Source: Rebecca billardiae RCC1528 (lineage: Eukaryota > Protista > Haptophyta). Taken from it: a stretch of 64,000 nt of DNA. The notes beneath the pieces are model-generated. The model had not been told where the DNA came from. It was given only the letters and a program-made list of their open reading frames with translations, and did not search any database. Position numbers and translations under genes: made by a program. Shown here piece by piece: positions 21,701-30,068 of the stretch; position 1 is the first letter of the stretch; every line of letters starts with the position of its first letter. The stretch is from contig OZ251224.1 in NCBI GenBank assembly GCA_965240325.2, positions 1,798,001-1,862,000 on the forward strand, read 5' to 3'.

Positions 21701-24146
21701 CCGCGCCGCCGAGCCGCTCGCGCGGAGCCGACGACGGCCGTTGCTTCGCGTCGGCCGGCGCGGCGGGCGTCGCCTCCTCGTCCGTCGTCCCGCCGTCGAG
21801 CACGTACTCGTCGGCGAGCGCGCCCTCGCCGCCCGCGCCGCCCGCGCGCGAGTCCCGCGTGCCCGAGCCCGAGCCCCCCGCCGCGCCGCCCGCCGCCGAC
21901 GAGGGCGCCGCCGAGCGCGGCGTGTGCCGCTCGGAGCGCGGCGTGCGCTCGGCGGATGCGCGCGGCGTGCTCAGCCTCGCAGAGCCGGCGGACGAGCGCG
22001 GCGTGGGCTCGACGGAGGCGCCGAGCAGCGCGTTGGAGCGCGCAGAGCGCGGCGTGCCATGCGCCCACCCGCCCTCCGCGCCGCCCTCGCCGCCCACGCC
22101 GCCGCTCGGCTCATGCGCCACCAGCGCGGGCGGCGCCGCCCGTGCGCCCGACGCGCGGCGCGAGCCGACCGAGCGGCGGCGCGGCGCGCCCTCGCGCGCG
22201 CCAAACTTGATGGCGTCGTCGAGGATCGAGAGGGCGGCGGCGCACGGGCCGGCGCCGGAGAGCGTGCGCCCGGGCTGCAGGTTGGCGAGCAGCCCCGCCG
22301 CCAGCTCCGACGCGTGGAACGCCCAGTGCGGCGGCGTGCGCATCTGCTGCCTGTGCGCCTCCGCCGCCGCGGCCGCCGCCGCCGTGTGCCCGTTACCATC
22401 CGCAGCCTTGGGCGGCGCGGGCGGGCGGCCGGCCGGGCCGAGGAGCGAGCCGACGTGCAGGAGCAGCGCGAGCCACGTGATGAACTCGCCGTCGTCGTCC
22501 GGCGTGGGCAGCGCCGCGCCGCGCACCGCGTGCACCGCGGCCACGCCCCACGCGGCCACGAGCGCAGACTCGAGGAACGAAAGCGACACATGCGCAGGGC
22601 AGCGCGGCTGCAGGCGGTGCGCGAGCTCGGCGGCGGCGATGGCGGCGGGGTGCGTGCGCAGCATGGCGGCGAGGGTGGCGAGCAGCTCGGGCGGCACCGC
22701 GCGCGCGAGCTGCGACCCCGCCGCGCCGGGCAGCCGGCAGAAGCGCACCACCCAGCCGAGGGCCGACACGGCGGACGCGCGCACCGCCTCGCCGCACCGC
22801 GCGTCGCTCGCGACGTCCGCGAGCACCGCGCAGCCGCCGTGCGAGACGAACTCGACGCACGCGCTGGGCGAGTGGCGCAGTGAGACGCTGAGCGCGGCCA
22901 CCGCGCACCGCCGCACGTCCACCTCGCGCAGCCGCAGCAGCTCCGCCAGCCGGCCGTCGCCGTCCACCCGGTAATGCTCGGCAAGCGCCTCCGAGTTGTT
23001 CAGCAGCATGCCGAGCAGCAGCAGCATCTCGTCAAGCTCCTCCGCGCCGACGGGCTGGTCGTCGACGGGCGCGCCGGACTGGTCGACGAGCTCGGTCGGC
23101 TCCGCCGACTCGAACGACGCCTCGCGCTCCTTCACCGCCAGCGCCGCCTCCATCGGCGACGACGGCGTCCGCAGCTCGGCGGCCGCCTCCAGCGCCTCCT
23201 GCAGCGCGCCGCCGGCGTCCGACGCGTGCCGCTCGCGCGCCCAGTACTCGGCGAAGACGCCGTGGAGGATGAGGACGAGCTCGGCGCACGGGAGCGCGCC
23301 CGTGCTGTCCCCGCTCACCGCCATCTCCACCTCGGCGAACTGCGCGAGCGCCGACGCGCACGCGAGGCGCAGCTTGCGGCTGTACGGCGCGCTCACGCCG
23401 CCGAGCAGCAGCGGGATGAGAGGCTCGAGCGCCGGGTGGTTGTCCACGCGGCACGCGAGCTCCCACGCGCCGTGCGCCGCGAGCTCGGCCTTCTCGCCGC
23501 CGGCGAGCAGCCCCGACCGGATCTTCGTCACGAGCGCGCGCCGCGTGTCGTCCCTGCGCTCCTCGAGCAGCTCCTCGTAGTCGTCGAGCCGCGCGAGCAG
23601 CTTGGCGGTCGAGTCGATGCGGCGCGCGCCAAACGACTCGTGGTCGCGGAGCTCGGCGAGGCGGGGCTCGTCGTTGACGCCGCGCCACTTGAGCGCCTCC
23701 TTCACCCGCTCGCACACGCGCGCGTACAGGTCGGCCGACCGCCTGTCCGTCCGGTTGAAGAAGACGCGCTTGCCCGGCTGATCCGAGTGCTCCTCCGCCG
23801 GCTGCAGGACCTCGAGCGTGAAGGCGCCCTCGAACTCCTTGTCGCGCGCGACGACGTTGCGGCCCATCGTCATGCGGTGCGCCGCGTGCCTCGCCGTGCC
23901 CCAGTCGCGCAGCTTCGGCGTGAGTGCGCGCTGCAGCGGGTCGGTGCCGCGCCGCAGCGCGGCCGAGTGCGCTCGCGCCTCGAGCGCGACGCGGCGCTGC
24001 GCAGGGCGCTTGTAGTCGCCCGTCATTGTGACGACGGCGGACGCGAGCGCGAGCGACGCCTTGAGCGAGCGCTCCTTGTCCTTCTTCTCGCCGCGCCGGT
24101 GGCCCGAGGCCCCGCCGCCCTGCCGCAGCGCGCGGATCGCCTCCAT
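15750..24146 (-). CDS. Very large ARM-repeat-like protein with C-terminal EF-hand region; at least 2 introns
   Basis: 2833-aa open frame. ARM-like helical segments (ALSALINLS, AAKVLSHLASN) and EF-hand DRDGDGKISTKD. In-frame introns at 16746-16901 and 16374-16535. Start may be 24146 or 24251. Confidence 0.8.
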   Translation of the reverse strand: MEAIRALRQGGGASGHRRGEKKDKERSLKASLALASAVVTMTGDYKRPAQRRVALEARAHSAALRRGTDPLQRALTPKLRDWGTARHAAHRMTMGRNVVARDKEFEGAFTLEVLQPAEEHSDQPGKRVFFNRTDRRSADLYARVCERVKEALKWRGVNDEPRLAELRDHESFGARRIDSTAKLLARLDDYEELLEERRDDTRRALVTKIRSGLLAGGEKAELAAHGAWELACRVDNHPALEPLIPLLLGGVSAPYSRKLRLACASALAQFAEVEMAVSGDSTGALPCAELVLILHGVFAEYWARERHASDAGGALQEALEAAAELRTPSSPMEAALAVKEREASFESAEPTELVDQSGAPVDDQPVGAEELDEMLLLLGMLLNNSEALAEHYRVDGDGRLAELLRLREVDVRRCAVAALSVSLRHSPSACVEFVSHGGCAVLADVASDARCGEAVRASAVSALGWVVRFCRLPGAAGSQLARAVPPELLATLAAMLRTHPAAIAAAELAHRLQPRCPAHVSLSFLESALVAAWGVAAVHAVRGAALPTPDDDGEFITWLALLLHVGSLLGPAGRPPAPPKAADGNGHTAAAAAAAEAHRQQMRTPPHWAFHASELAAGLLANLQPGRTLSGAGPCAAALSILDDAIKFGAREGAPRRRSVGSRRASGARAAPPALVAHEPSGGVGGEGGAEGGWAHGTPRSARSNALLGASVEPTPRSSAGSARLSTPRASAERTPRSERHTPRSAAPSSAAGGAAGGSGSGTRDSRAGGAGGEGALADEYVLDGGTTDEEATPAAPADAKQRPSSAPRERLGGAALDLDEHWMRLCDGCAAILAQWVQTAWVQASLVPLRGAETIARALRLIAAAVGERERGAGAPPRPPAPRSPESMLYRNLSAALMHMIARPAVEQRPHAEPHADALARAAQHAAELADAAPASAAASVAGAPAQGDGADADADADADADAGAPLADGGAPASEAATPSEAAEPGGAWFRPIEMTDEIVRTLGLLLDPTDSACVHGACAVWAYARTDEAAAQAVRCGLVPLLCAVLERHARQSDAAAWRTLASRWAAWALCVLVHTPVGAVALVESPTGLRLARALAVAGSGARARERQAEAAQQARRHERGARAPGSPPRPPPRTPSTPLRPPSPAADADEPALARPFKTLAAVDARVSEAMTLLCEQLCTHAQTADVVVAHGLPELLVAVGADGARTVRERGAAVRALGCLRLQRRFKGQLGDLEERALCALVADRRTPELRRHGARQLAHLALGQRRRIILRLGGTAVLLQAVRDASAEFARAAADAAERDAAAAAAAAAAAADARADADERGEGGGASGPPAGADAASAAAAAAGARADGLADQTSGEWRPSGFESLTISDGEGGASLLQRPASASGGGGGGGGMHSATSADGGGARPHAAEARAHLRALLAEALSALINLSAEAENQRWLARHGLWTLVALLDRPPPGAGEASGLAAKVLSHLASNAENRVTMYRAELRLKTRRWAEDAQLHAAPLRSQEELLGALGEQGAADADADAAEAAEAAAVAATALDARAAAAGGFSAPTKSEFAGWLHVLEQQRSSLPAGLGSKRGSRPRAPTVTRARDAGPTLSEFLCTSFESMWLEWHAAAIGAGEGAAAAAAGGAWASLPPWLDEADPGPDGEAAVLAASMRSARTEPTPARGARGEGGGGGAAPPPVARAATSASRGLRASRPATASRARHAAASPHAAAHSALVSALASTGAPHARPASAAGSRARSRPMSAAARSAPGALGASRAWSLGAPRRTFHKSPASPRGVGLVALPPSQSAHAQRLGVPRERWFPPVTSIALEEKAAEGEAEEEAPASPAAPGGPKPAAAAVAAPAAGRPESPKKVDRPPAPAREAAAPASGSRGGARAERPGSAAPAELSRTPSKSAPRANSESAPHARAAAGADDDSDSAASAGERAPSPTGAAPPGSPPAGVRQYDVVLTLDARTHRRPVWRFARTERLLPSTDSLGADSELSEAEMMAAAMARVTVDPPETAGDPRFSMASWKANPEARYWLPPRTASARPAPRPATADADGRERARRASAGGAHDDGQSAFGQFELPNGELIRCYHAGVKRHWIDAPAEPSALAPTTLRAIGELALPSPPHAPRPSARTRPGLRAHVFVNAPIPDRHTLPVPHPDVWYGTLAEEPLQLVAMPFRPPPRERDVSIEIISEPRAAWEIDLSIYAPRKPACDARAYYTTDRVLKRGFALDWERCNSARFQRLISLEDDDGQSGLVDELEEVREVLEANCALLYSIFTYYCASGDYYDNFCLGMNEFTAFCEECRLPDQASKTCRQSDLDTIFIAACPKDDEGAAKLGFDRALLRYQWLQVVVRIAIAKYVKSKKMGDVSNALEALIDQDILPNVSDFACHDHDIFRREQLYCEETELVRRPRARRARARARGAGPAGRRRTRAGARRALEAARRRPRRAAPAPRLARAQTILKYEKSLREIYRVYSGKDTDGGMSAKGAYMSLSEWIRLMKDADFIDGAFTKRESYLCFHWSVCFVADEVRACAGGAGASSLASAARCRRQPSPSPPVPGCARRSLTVWRRRARARALAARTQVARRIKLVHMTFVDFLEALGRVAVFKPLPTKEMFAEMSSETGVEVKNCAKFFDTLWQSGGEHAFSKFNEENERDWMLDETRDGRPLAESIEMVIQLLIGRIDRDGDGKISTKDWRFKKSIHGGPITSTKVGAEKLKRRPSGGGGGGGGTPKGSSTRVSIGGGEAVPVGIDGIDKPPSPKPNLKPRGLRTSGASATGASARGAHYTQE

Positions 24147-24372
24147 GAGGCGGGGGCAGCGCGCGCACGGCGGCCACTGCAGTGGCAGCGAAAAACGATA
24201 CTGATGTACTTCGACGGCGATTGTCGTTTTCTTCATTTGTCGTTTCATCATCTACTGTGCCGCTTGAACAAGTGCTCCTACCCTCGAACTGATGAAACGA
24301 CATCCGGCGGGGGTCCGGTCTGCCTCGGCCTGTGTCGGGCCGCGCCCCGGCGGGACGGTGGCGGAGAGCACG

Positions 24373-27300
24373 CTACGTGTTGTCGTGGGCATCGTCCTCC
24401 TCGTCGTCTGTGAGCAGGCTGATCACCTCCATGCCATCGTCAGCGACACCTCGCGGCGGTCTCGAAGGAGCCTGCACCGCCGGGACGGCGTCCCCGATTC
24501 CGCCGTCCCTCGCCAGCGGGCGGCTCGAGCTGGCAGGCGCCGGCTCGGGTTCGCGGCTCGTTGATGCCGGCTCAGTCGTGGAGCTTGCGGGTGCCAGCTC
24601 GAGCTCGGGGGTCGCGGGGGCGGTCTGGGGCTCGGGGTACGTGAGCATGGCCTGCGTGGGCTGGCAGCGGCAGCTTGCGCAGCAGCAGAGCCCGCAGCGC
24701 GTCAGATCGACGTCGGCCGGGCGCGTGAGCTCGCTGCCAGCCGGGATGTCGACACACGCCACGAGCACCGGGATGCGCGCTTCGCCGTCGGCGTCGATCC
24801 GCGCCATGATCACCTCGAGGTTGGGCGTCGTCGTCACCCCCTCCGCAGACGCTGACACCAGGGCGCCCACGTTGCCGGCGCACGTGCCGTCGAGCGCCCA
24901 GCCCGCGCCATCGGGCCCGTGCGCGCGCAGCATCGCTCCGCCCCACGCGCTGCTGTCAGCTCGGCGCGCCGTCTTCCTGCGCTCGGCCTCGGCCAGCGAG
25001 ATCAGCTCGCCCGCGAAGCAGCACACCGCCGTGCCGCGCGGGATCATGGCAATGGTGCGCACGCCATGCGGGTCGGCCGCGCTGCCAGTGGCCCCAGGCT
25101 GTCTCTCCCTCTCAAACACAGAGAGCCCAGGCACACGGCACGACAGGCCGCCACGCGCCGCCATCGCGCCGCGCTCGCACCCGCTGGACTCCGCGCGGTC
25201 AGCGAGCAAGTCCTGCGCGCGGGCGCACGCGTCCGCGTCGGGCCCCGCCAGCACTTGCGCGCCGCCGATGAGCGGCTGCCGGATGTACGCGAACGAGAGC
25301 AGCGCACGCCGGAGCGCGCTGCCTGTCGCGCAGGCCACGCCGGCTGGCACCACCCTCGGCTTGTCGAGGCCGCCCGACAGATCGGCGCGGAGGGTGCGGA
25401 GGAGAGCGTCGTTGTCGTGGGCGGGGAGGGGTACGGCATGCGCGCTCGCGAATGAGCCGAGCGCGCGCGCGCACGCGGCGAGGCCCGCACAGCGCTGCGC
25501 GTCGCCCGCGCCGTTGGCCCGCGCCGCCTCAAGCGCCGCAATCAGCCAGTCCTCTCGCTTTGCAGCCGACAGCGCGCCCGCCGCGACGGTGGCGGCCCGT
25601 GCGCACCGGCCGTACAGCGCGCTGAGGCGCTCCGCGTCGAGGCGTGGGCCCGGCAGGTCGTGCGCCACGCCCGCCGCGCCGGGCGACGAGCCCAAAGGCT
25701 CGTGCCACAGCAGCAGCTGCAGCAGCGCGTGCGGCGCGGCGTGGTCGATCGCCCACTCGAGCATGTCGGGCCAGCCCTGAGCCCAGAGCACGAGGCGCAC
25801 GCTTGGCGCTGCGGTCGCGGGCGCGGAGGTGTTGGCCCGCCGAGCGGGCAGCAGCGGCTTGGCGCACTCCAGCTCGCGCAGCAGCAGCTCGAGTGCTCGC
25901 GCGTCATCACGCTCGATCGCCGCGTGCAGAGGCGTCGGCGACGTTGGGTCACCTGCGCCTGCATCCGCGCCCCCGCCAGCGCTCGCGCTTGAGCCCGCGC
26001 CCGGGTCAACACCCGCGCCTGCGCCCGCACCCGCGCCCGCGCCAGCGCCCGCGCCCGCGCCCGCAGAGACACTCGCTGGCCACAGCGGGCTCGCGCCTTG
26101 CTTCAGCAGCTGCGCCATTGTGGCGTGGTCGCCTTCGCGCACGGCGGACAGCAGCCGCGCGCCGGGGCTCTCCGAGCCGTGCGCCGGGCAGTAGTGCTCG
26201 AACCGCTGCTCACCGCCATCGGCCTCCGCCACGAGTCTGCTGAGCTCGAGCCGCAGCCGCGCGCACGGCACGTGCACGCGCTCGGAGCACGCGCTCGCGT
26301 GGCACGGCACAGTCGCGCCGCGCGCCTCGCCGCACACGGCGCACGGCTGCGCAAAGGAGCCCTCTCTTAGCACACGAGCCACGCCAGTGACGCGCGTCGC
26401 CTCGCCCTCGCCCTCGCCCTTGAGGGCCGTCAACGACCGCCACGCGAGGGCGCACATGGCGTGCACATATCTCTCGCGGTGCTCGTGCGACGCGCCCGAG
26501 CGTGAGGGCAACCGTCGCTCCGCCTTGTGCACGCGCCAGAGCACGCCGCCCGGCTCGGGGCAGAGCTCGCACCAGCGCGTCGTGCGGACCGTCGAGAGGA
26601 TCGCCTCGCGCTGGGAAGCGCTCAGTCGTTCGGGCCGCGCTGCCGTGTGGCCTGCACGCGTCGCATCGCCGCAGTTCGCTTCGACGGCGCAGCGAGCGCA
26701 GAGCCAGTCCTCAGAGGCGCTGACCTCGTTCGGCGACAAGCCATAGCACGTCCTGCGCACGCCGACGAAGCAGCCGTCGCAGATGACGATGGGGTCGTCG
26801 TCTGATGTGTCGGGTGCGAGGCAGGCCCCACAGCCCTGCCAGTCCTTGGGCAGGCCCGGCTGCCAATGCCAGCACGCAAGGCGCCGGTGGCTCGGGTTGG
26901 GGCTCGGGGGCATTATTGGCCCCTGCGGCGTGCGCGGCTGCGGCGCCGCAGGCGAGCGGTCGCGGCTGCGGCCACTGTCAGCCGATCGGCGCACGGCAGG
27001 CGCTCGTTTGCGTCCGCGGCGACTGCGCGCTCTGTCCGCGGGCGCGTCTTCTCCTCCGCTGTCGCCTGCTCCGATGTCTGCCGCCTGCCCTCCCTCGGGC
27101 TGGGCCGGGTGGCTGAGGCGGCGCACGGCGGCTCGGCCGGGTGCCTCGCCTCCGGTCTTGCCCGGGTCAGCACCACCCGCTTCGCGATCGTATAAGCGCG
27201 CGCATATGAAGCACCACTGAAAATCTGTGCCCTGCATCGTCAGGGACGAATGCTCGAGCCGCCTGCACCGATCACAGTGCACGCTCGATGTGCACCCAAC

Positions 27301-27777
27301 GCGGCCGGCGTAGGAGGTAGAGGCTGTCCGCTCCATGATGTGGTCTCCGCCCTTCGCGGGGAGGCGGATGCGGACGCGCGGGATAGAAGGCGCGCCGCCG
27401 TCGCCCGCAGCAGGCACCGCCTCGTCATCCGTAAGCGCAGGTCCTGCCGGCGGCATCTCAGAGTCTGCTGGTGGCTGTGTGCGCGGGGCTGGAGCCCGTT
27501 GCGCCGGTGCGGGGGGCGAGGTGGTCGGCTCATCTCGGTGCCGCTTTTTCAAAGGCACCATGCGCACATTCGGCCCGCTCGCTGTGACAGCCTCACCCGC
27601 CTCACCCGACGCGCACGGCTCGCACGTGGGCGCGACCGCGTTTGGCTCCGTTGCTCTTGGTGCCTGGGCTGCGGCAGGGGCCGTGCATGGCTGCCGCGAC
27701 CAACCACCAGAGTCTGCTGGTGCGTTGAGCTGTACGCCGTTGGCATCGAGGAGCGTCCTTGCATCGCCGCTGCTCAT
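24373..27777 (-). CDS. Chromatin protein: PHD + extended PHD (zf-HC5HC2H-like) + ankyrin + degenerate SET/post-SET
   Basis: CGAC...IVICDGC...WLCARC; CELCP...HAMCA...CAVC...HVPCAR...YCPAH; TPLHAAI ankyrin; GVRTIAMIPRGTAVCCFAGELI...DIPAGSELT...CCCASCRC. Confidence 0.85.
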   Translation of the reverse strand: MSSGDARTLLDANGVQLNAPADSGGWSRQPCTAPAAAQAPRATEPNAVAPTCEPCASGEAGEAVTASGPNVRMVPLKKRHRDEPTTSPPAPAQRAPAPRTQPPADSEMPPAGPALTDDEAVPAAGDGGAPSIPRVRIRLPAKGGDHIMERTASTSYAGRVGCTSSVHCDRCRRLEHSSLTMQGTDFQWCFICARLYDREAGGADPGKTGGEAPGRAAVRRLSHPAQPEGGQAADIGAGDSGGEDAPADRARSRRGRKRAPAVRRSADSGRSRDRSPAAPQPRTPQGPIMPPSPNPSHRRLACWHWQPGLPKDWQGCGACLAPDTSDDDPIVICDGCFVGVRRTCYGLSPNEVSASEDWLCARCAVEANCGDATRAGHTAARPERLSASQREAILSTVRTTRWCELCPEPGGVLWRVHKAERRLPSRSGASHEHRERYVHAMCALAWRSLTALKGEGEGEATRVTGVARVLREGSFAQPCAVCGEARGATVPCHASACSERVHVPCARLRLELSRLVAEADGGEQRFEHYCPAHGSESPGARLLSAVREGDHATMAQLLKQGASPLWPASVSAGAGAGAGAGAGAGAGAGVDPGAGSSASAGGGADAGAGDPTSPTPLHAAIERDDARALELLLRELECAKPLLPARRANTSAPATAAPSVRLVLWAQGWPDMLEWAIDHAAPHALLQLLLWHEPLGSSPGAAGVAHDLPGPRLDAERLSALYGRCARAATVAAGALSAAKREDWLIAALEAARANGAGDAQRCAGLAACARALGSFASAHAVPLPAHDNDALLRTLRADLSGGLDKPRVVPAGVACATGSALRRALLSFAYIRQPLIGGAQVLAGPDADACARAQDLLADRAESSGCERGAMAARGGLSCRVPGLSVFERERQPGATGSAADPHGVRTIAMIPRGTAVCCFAGELISLAEAERRKTARRADSSAWGGAMLRAHGPDGAGWALDGTCAGNVGALVSASAEGVTTTPNLEVIMARIDADGEARIPVLVACVDIPAGSELTRPADVDLTRCGLCCCASCRCQPTQAMLTYPEPQTAPATPELELAPASSTTEPASTSREPEPAPASSSRPLARDGGIGDAVPAVQAPSRPPRGVADDGMEVISLLTDDEEDDAHDNT

Positions 27778-28230
27778 GGTTGTGCGAGTGAGTGGTCGTT
27801 CGTGTCTCGCGAGGGAGGGTGCGGCGAAGGTGACGAGCGGCCTCGGTGGACGACTTGACTGGACGCAGCAAACAAACCCACAGCATCGGGCGAATCGCCG
27901 TTCTTCGTCCAGAACAAGCGGCGAGCTGCAACCTCATTGGTCCAGAGGACGGGAGGACATCCGCAAGGCGCGATCGAGGACAGAGCAAGTCCGGCTTTTG
28001 TGCCTTTGTCGCTGAGACGCTGACTCGCTGAGCCGCCCGGACGACAGCGCAAGCCTCTCGCAAAGTCGCTCCCCGGATCGAGAGCCATTCTTCCCGCATG
28101 TTTTTTTCACAAAATGAGCTGTGCTTAGCATAGTAGTAGGGCCAATTCTATGACCGCGTTCCGCGGTCCTTTTCCGTAGAACCAACGCAGTTGGGGGCCC
28201 GCGGCGCAGTGGTTGAGAATGAGACTGACG

Positions 28231-28360
28231 AGTCAGTCAGTCCCGGAGTCAGAAAGACAGTTCAGCCACTCTGAGAGGGAGAGTCAGACCCGAGGTCTAC
28301 CGAGTCTCGGACTCGGCGCGAGTATGCCGGGGCGCGCACGGCCAAGGGTGGCATGGGACA
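28231..28360. repeat. ~130-bp dispersed repeat, also present inverted at 52864-52980
   Basis: GAGTCAGAAAGACAGTTCAGCCACTCTGAGAGGGAGAGTCAGACCCGAG...GGCCAAGGGTGGCATGGGACA is the reverse complement of 52864-52980. Confidence 0.88.
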
Positions 28361-28499
28361 CCAGCGGACGGGCCGCGCGGGGAAGCGGGGCGGCGCGCTC
28401 GCAGGGCGAGAGGCGCGGACGGGCCGCGCGGGGAAGCGGGGCGGCGGCGCGCGCAGGGCGAGAGGGCGAGAGGCGCCGCGCGGCGCCGGGCCGGCGCGT

Positions 28500-29399
28500 G
28501 CGCGCGTGCGGGCGCACCTGCTTCAGCTTGCAAGGTGCTCGCGCTGCGCCATGCGCTCGACGAAGGGCCGCTGGTCGCGAGCCGGCGCGTGCGCGCGAGC
28601 GGGCGCACCTGCTTGAGGTACTCGCCCTGCGCCATGCGCTCGACGACGGGCCGCTGGTCGCTCAGCCGGCACGCCTCGTGCCGGCAGAGCGAGAGCGCGC
28701 GCCACTGCAGACTGCTGGCCCGCCGGCCTGCCGGCTGCGCAGCCGCGCACCGAGACCGACCGAGCGGAGCTCGGGGCGGTGGAACGAGGCGAGCGGCGCG
28801 TCGCGCCTGCCGCCGCGCGTACGCGCGCCTGCTCCACCGCGCCGCCGTGCTCGCCCGCCGCCTCCTCCGCCGCGTCGGCCTCGAAGACGGCGGCTGCCAG
28901 CGGCAGGCTGAGCTGCGCGCGGCTCACTCACACTGTCTGTGAGTCCTCACGCTGCTGCCGGACCTCCGCGCCGCCGTCGACCGAGTTGAGGAGCTCGCGC
29001 TCGGCGTCGAGGCGCGAGCTCGCGTGCTCGAGCTCGCCCTTCAGCCGCGCGAGCTCCGGGCGCATCCGGCTCATCAGCTCTGCCGCGCCGCTCGCTCGGC
29101 GGCGGCGGGCGGCGCGCTCTGCTCCGGTCGGCGAGCGACGAGCTCGCGTGCTCCGGACTCGGCTCGCCCTTGCGCGCTGCTCCTCGAGTGACGAACGCGC
29201 CCGCGGGCAGGTTGTTGCCCGTCGCCCCCGCCGCGATCTCGCCGCCCCCGCCGCGATCTCGTCGCGCATGTGTCCGTGGCGCGCGCCTGCGAGGTGACAG
29301 GCGGGCCGCGAGCTCAGCCTCGGGGAGAGCGGAGCGAGAGGGCAGACGCGCGGCCTGCGAGGCGACAGGCGCGCTCGGGGAGAGCATTTTACTATTCAC
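28500..29399 (-). pseudogene. Frameshifted coiled-coil gene fragment captured inside the element
   Basis: Protein-like pieces in different frames (MRPELARLKGELEHASSRLDAERELLNS; LPLAAAVFEADAAEEAAGE; MAQGEYLKQ), followed by splice donor AG|GTGCGC. The last ~85 bp is duplicated. Confidence 0.6.
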
Positions 29400-29741
29400 A
29401 TTTAGAAGTGATCAAGTTTCCCGACCCCTTGCCTTGCCGTTTTTATCGGTTGGCGGTTGGCGGCAATCTCATACTTAAAATCGCGCTCGTAACGAACCGT
29501 TACACTAATGTCACGTCCAGCTGACGTCCAGATCGCACTTTACTTAAGGGAATCAGCTGGGCGCGGTTTTTTTCGGCCTAATAGACCTCTCTATGCGATC
29601 TCAAAAACTCGAAACTCGGTCTCCGCCAGCCCTAAAAATCGCCCCCCGTCCCTTTTTTCTTGATCAAAGATCTTTTTGAAACGTGGTTCGGGCCCGCTGG
29701 TGCGGGCTCCACGCTGCGCGCTCCGCCCTGCACCGCGGGCC

Positions 29742-29905
29742 ATGATTTAGTGACACAGGTAGGACGGCACAGGTCTCCTGATTCATCGGCGGCGGCAGTG
29801 CCCGATCGTCGACGATGACAGGTCCGGTCGGCGTTCGGGTGGCAGAGCACTCCGGCACCGCAATCGAAATTCGAATGCGGAATGGCTTGAGCAGCGCGGC
29901 TTTGA
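29742..29905 (+). repeat. Dispersed repeat end (family B), related to 53137-53268 and inverted 54671-54743
   Basis: ATGATTTA..GACACAGGTAGGACG...GGTCTCCTGATTC...GGCAGTGCCCGATCGTCGAC is shared by all three copies. Confidence 0.88.
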
Positions 29906-30068
29906 CCCCTGGCCCTTGTCAGCCTGCGTTGAGCCTTTGATCAAATTATAATTTTGATGACGATGCCAACAATGCAGCCTTGGAAAAGATGTTATTCCTC
30001 GTCATCAGTCTTTGAGTTTGAAGCTATAGCTAGCCGAGCTGACTAACTTTAACTAGTTACAAATATTA

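Larger units (their letters stand above)
28150..29743 (-). mobile_element. Helitron2/Helentron-like non-autonomous element, copy 3, with different cargo
   Basis: The 5' ~290 bp (29450-29743) and 3' ~55 bp (28150-28205, including hairpin 28152-28168) are reverse complements of the ends of the 30069-33429 copies. The interior is unrelated. Confidence 0.75.

Noticed and set aside
15601-27858. Many overlapping Arg/Ala/Gly-rich ORFs on both strands (e.g. 1235, 894, 850, 732 aa)
   Set aside because: Shadow frames caused by stop-codon scarcity at very high GC. Only one frame carries domain motifs.
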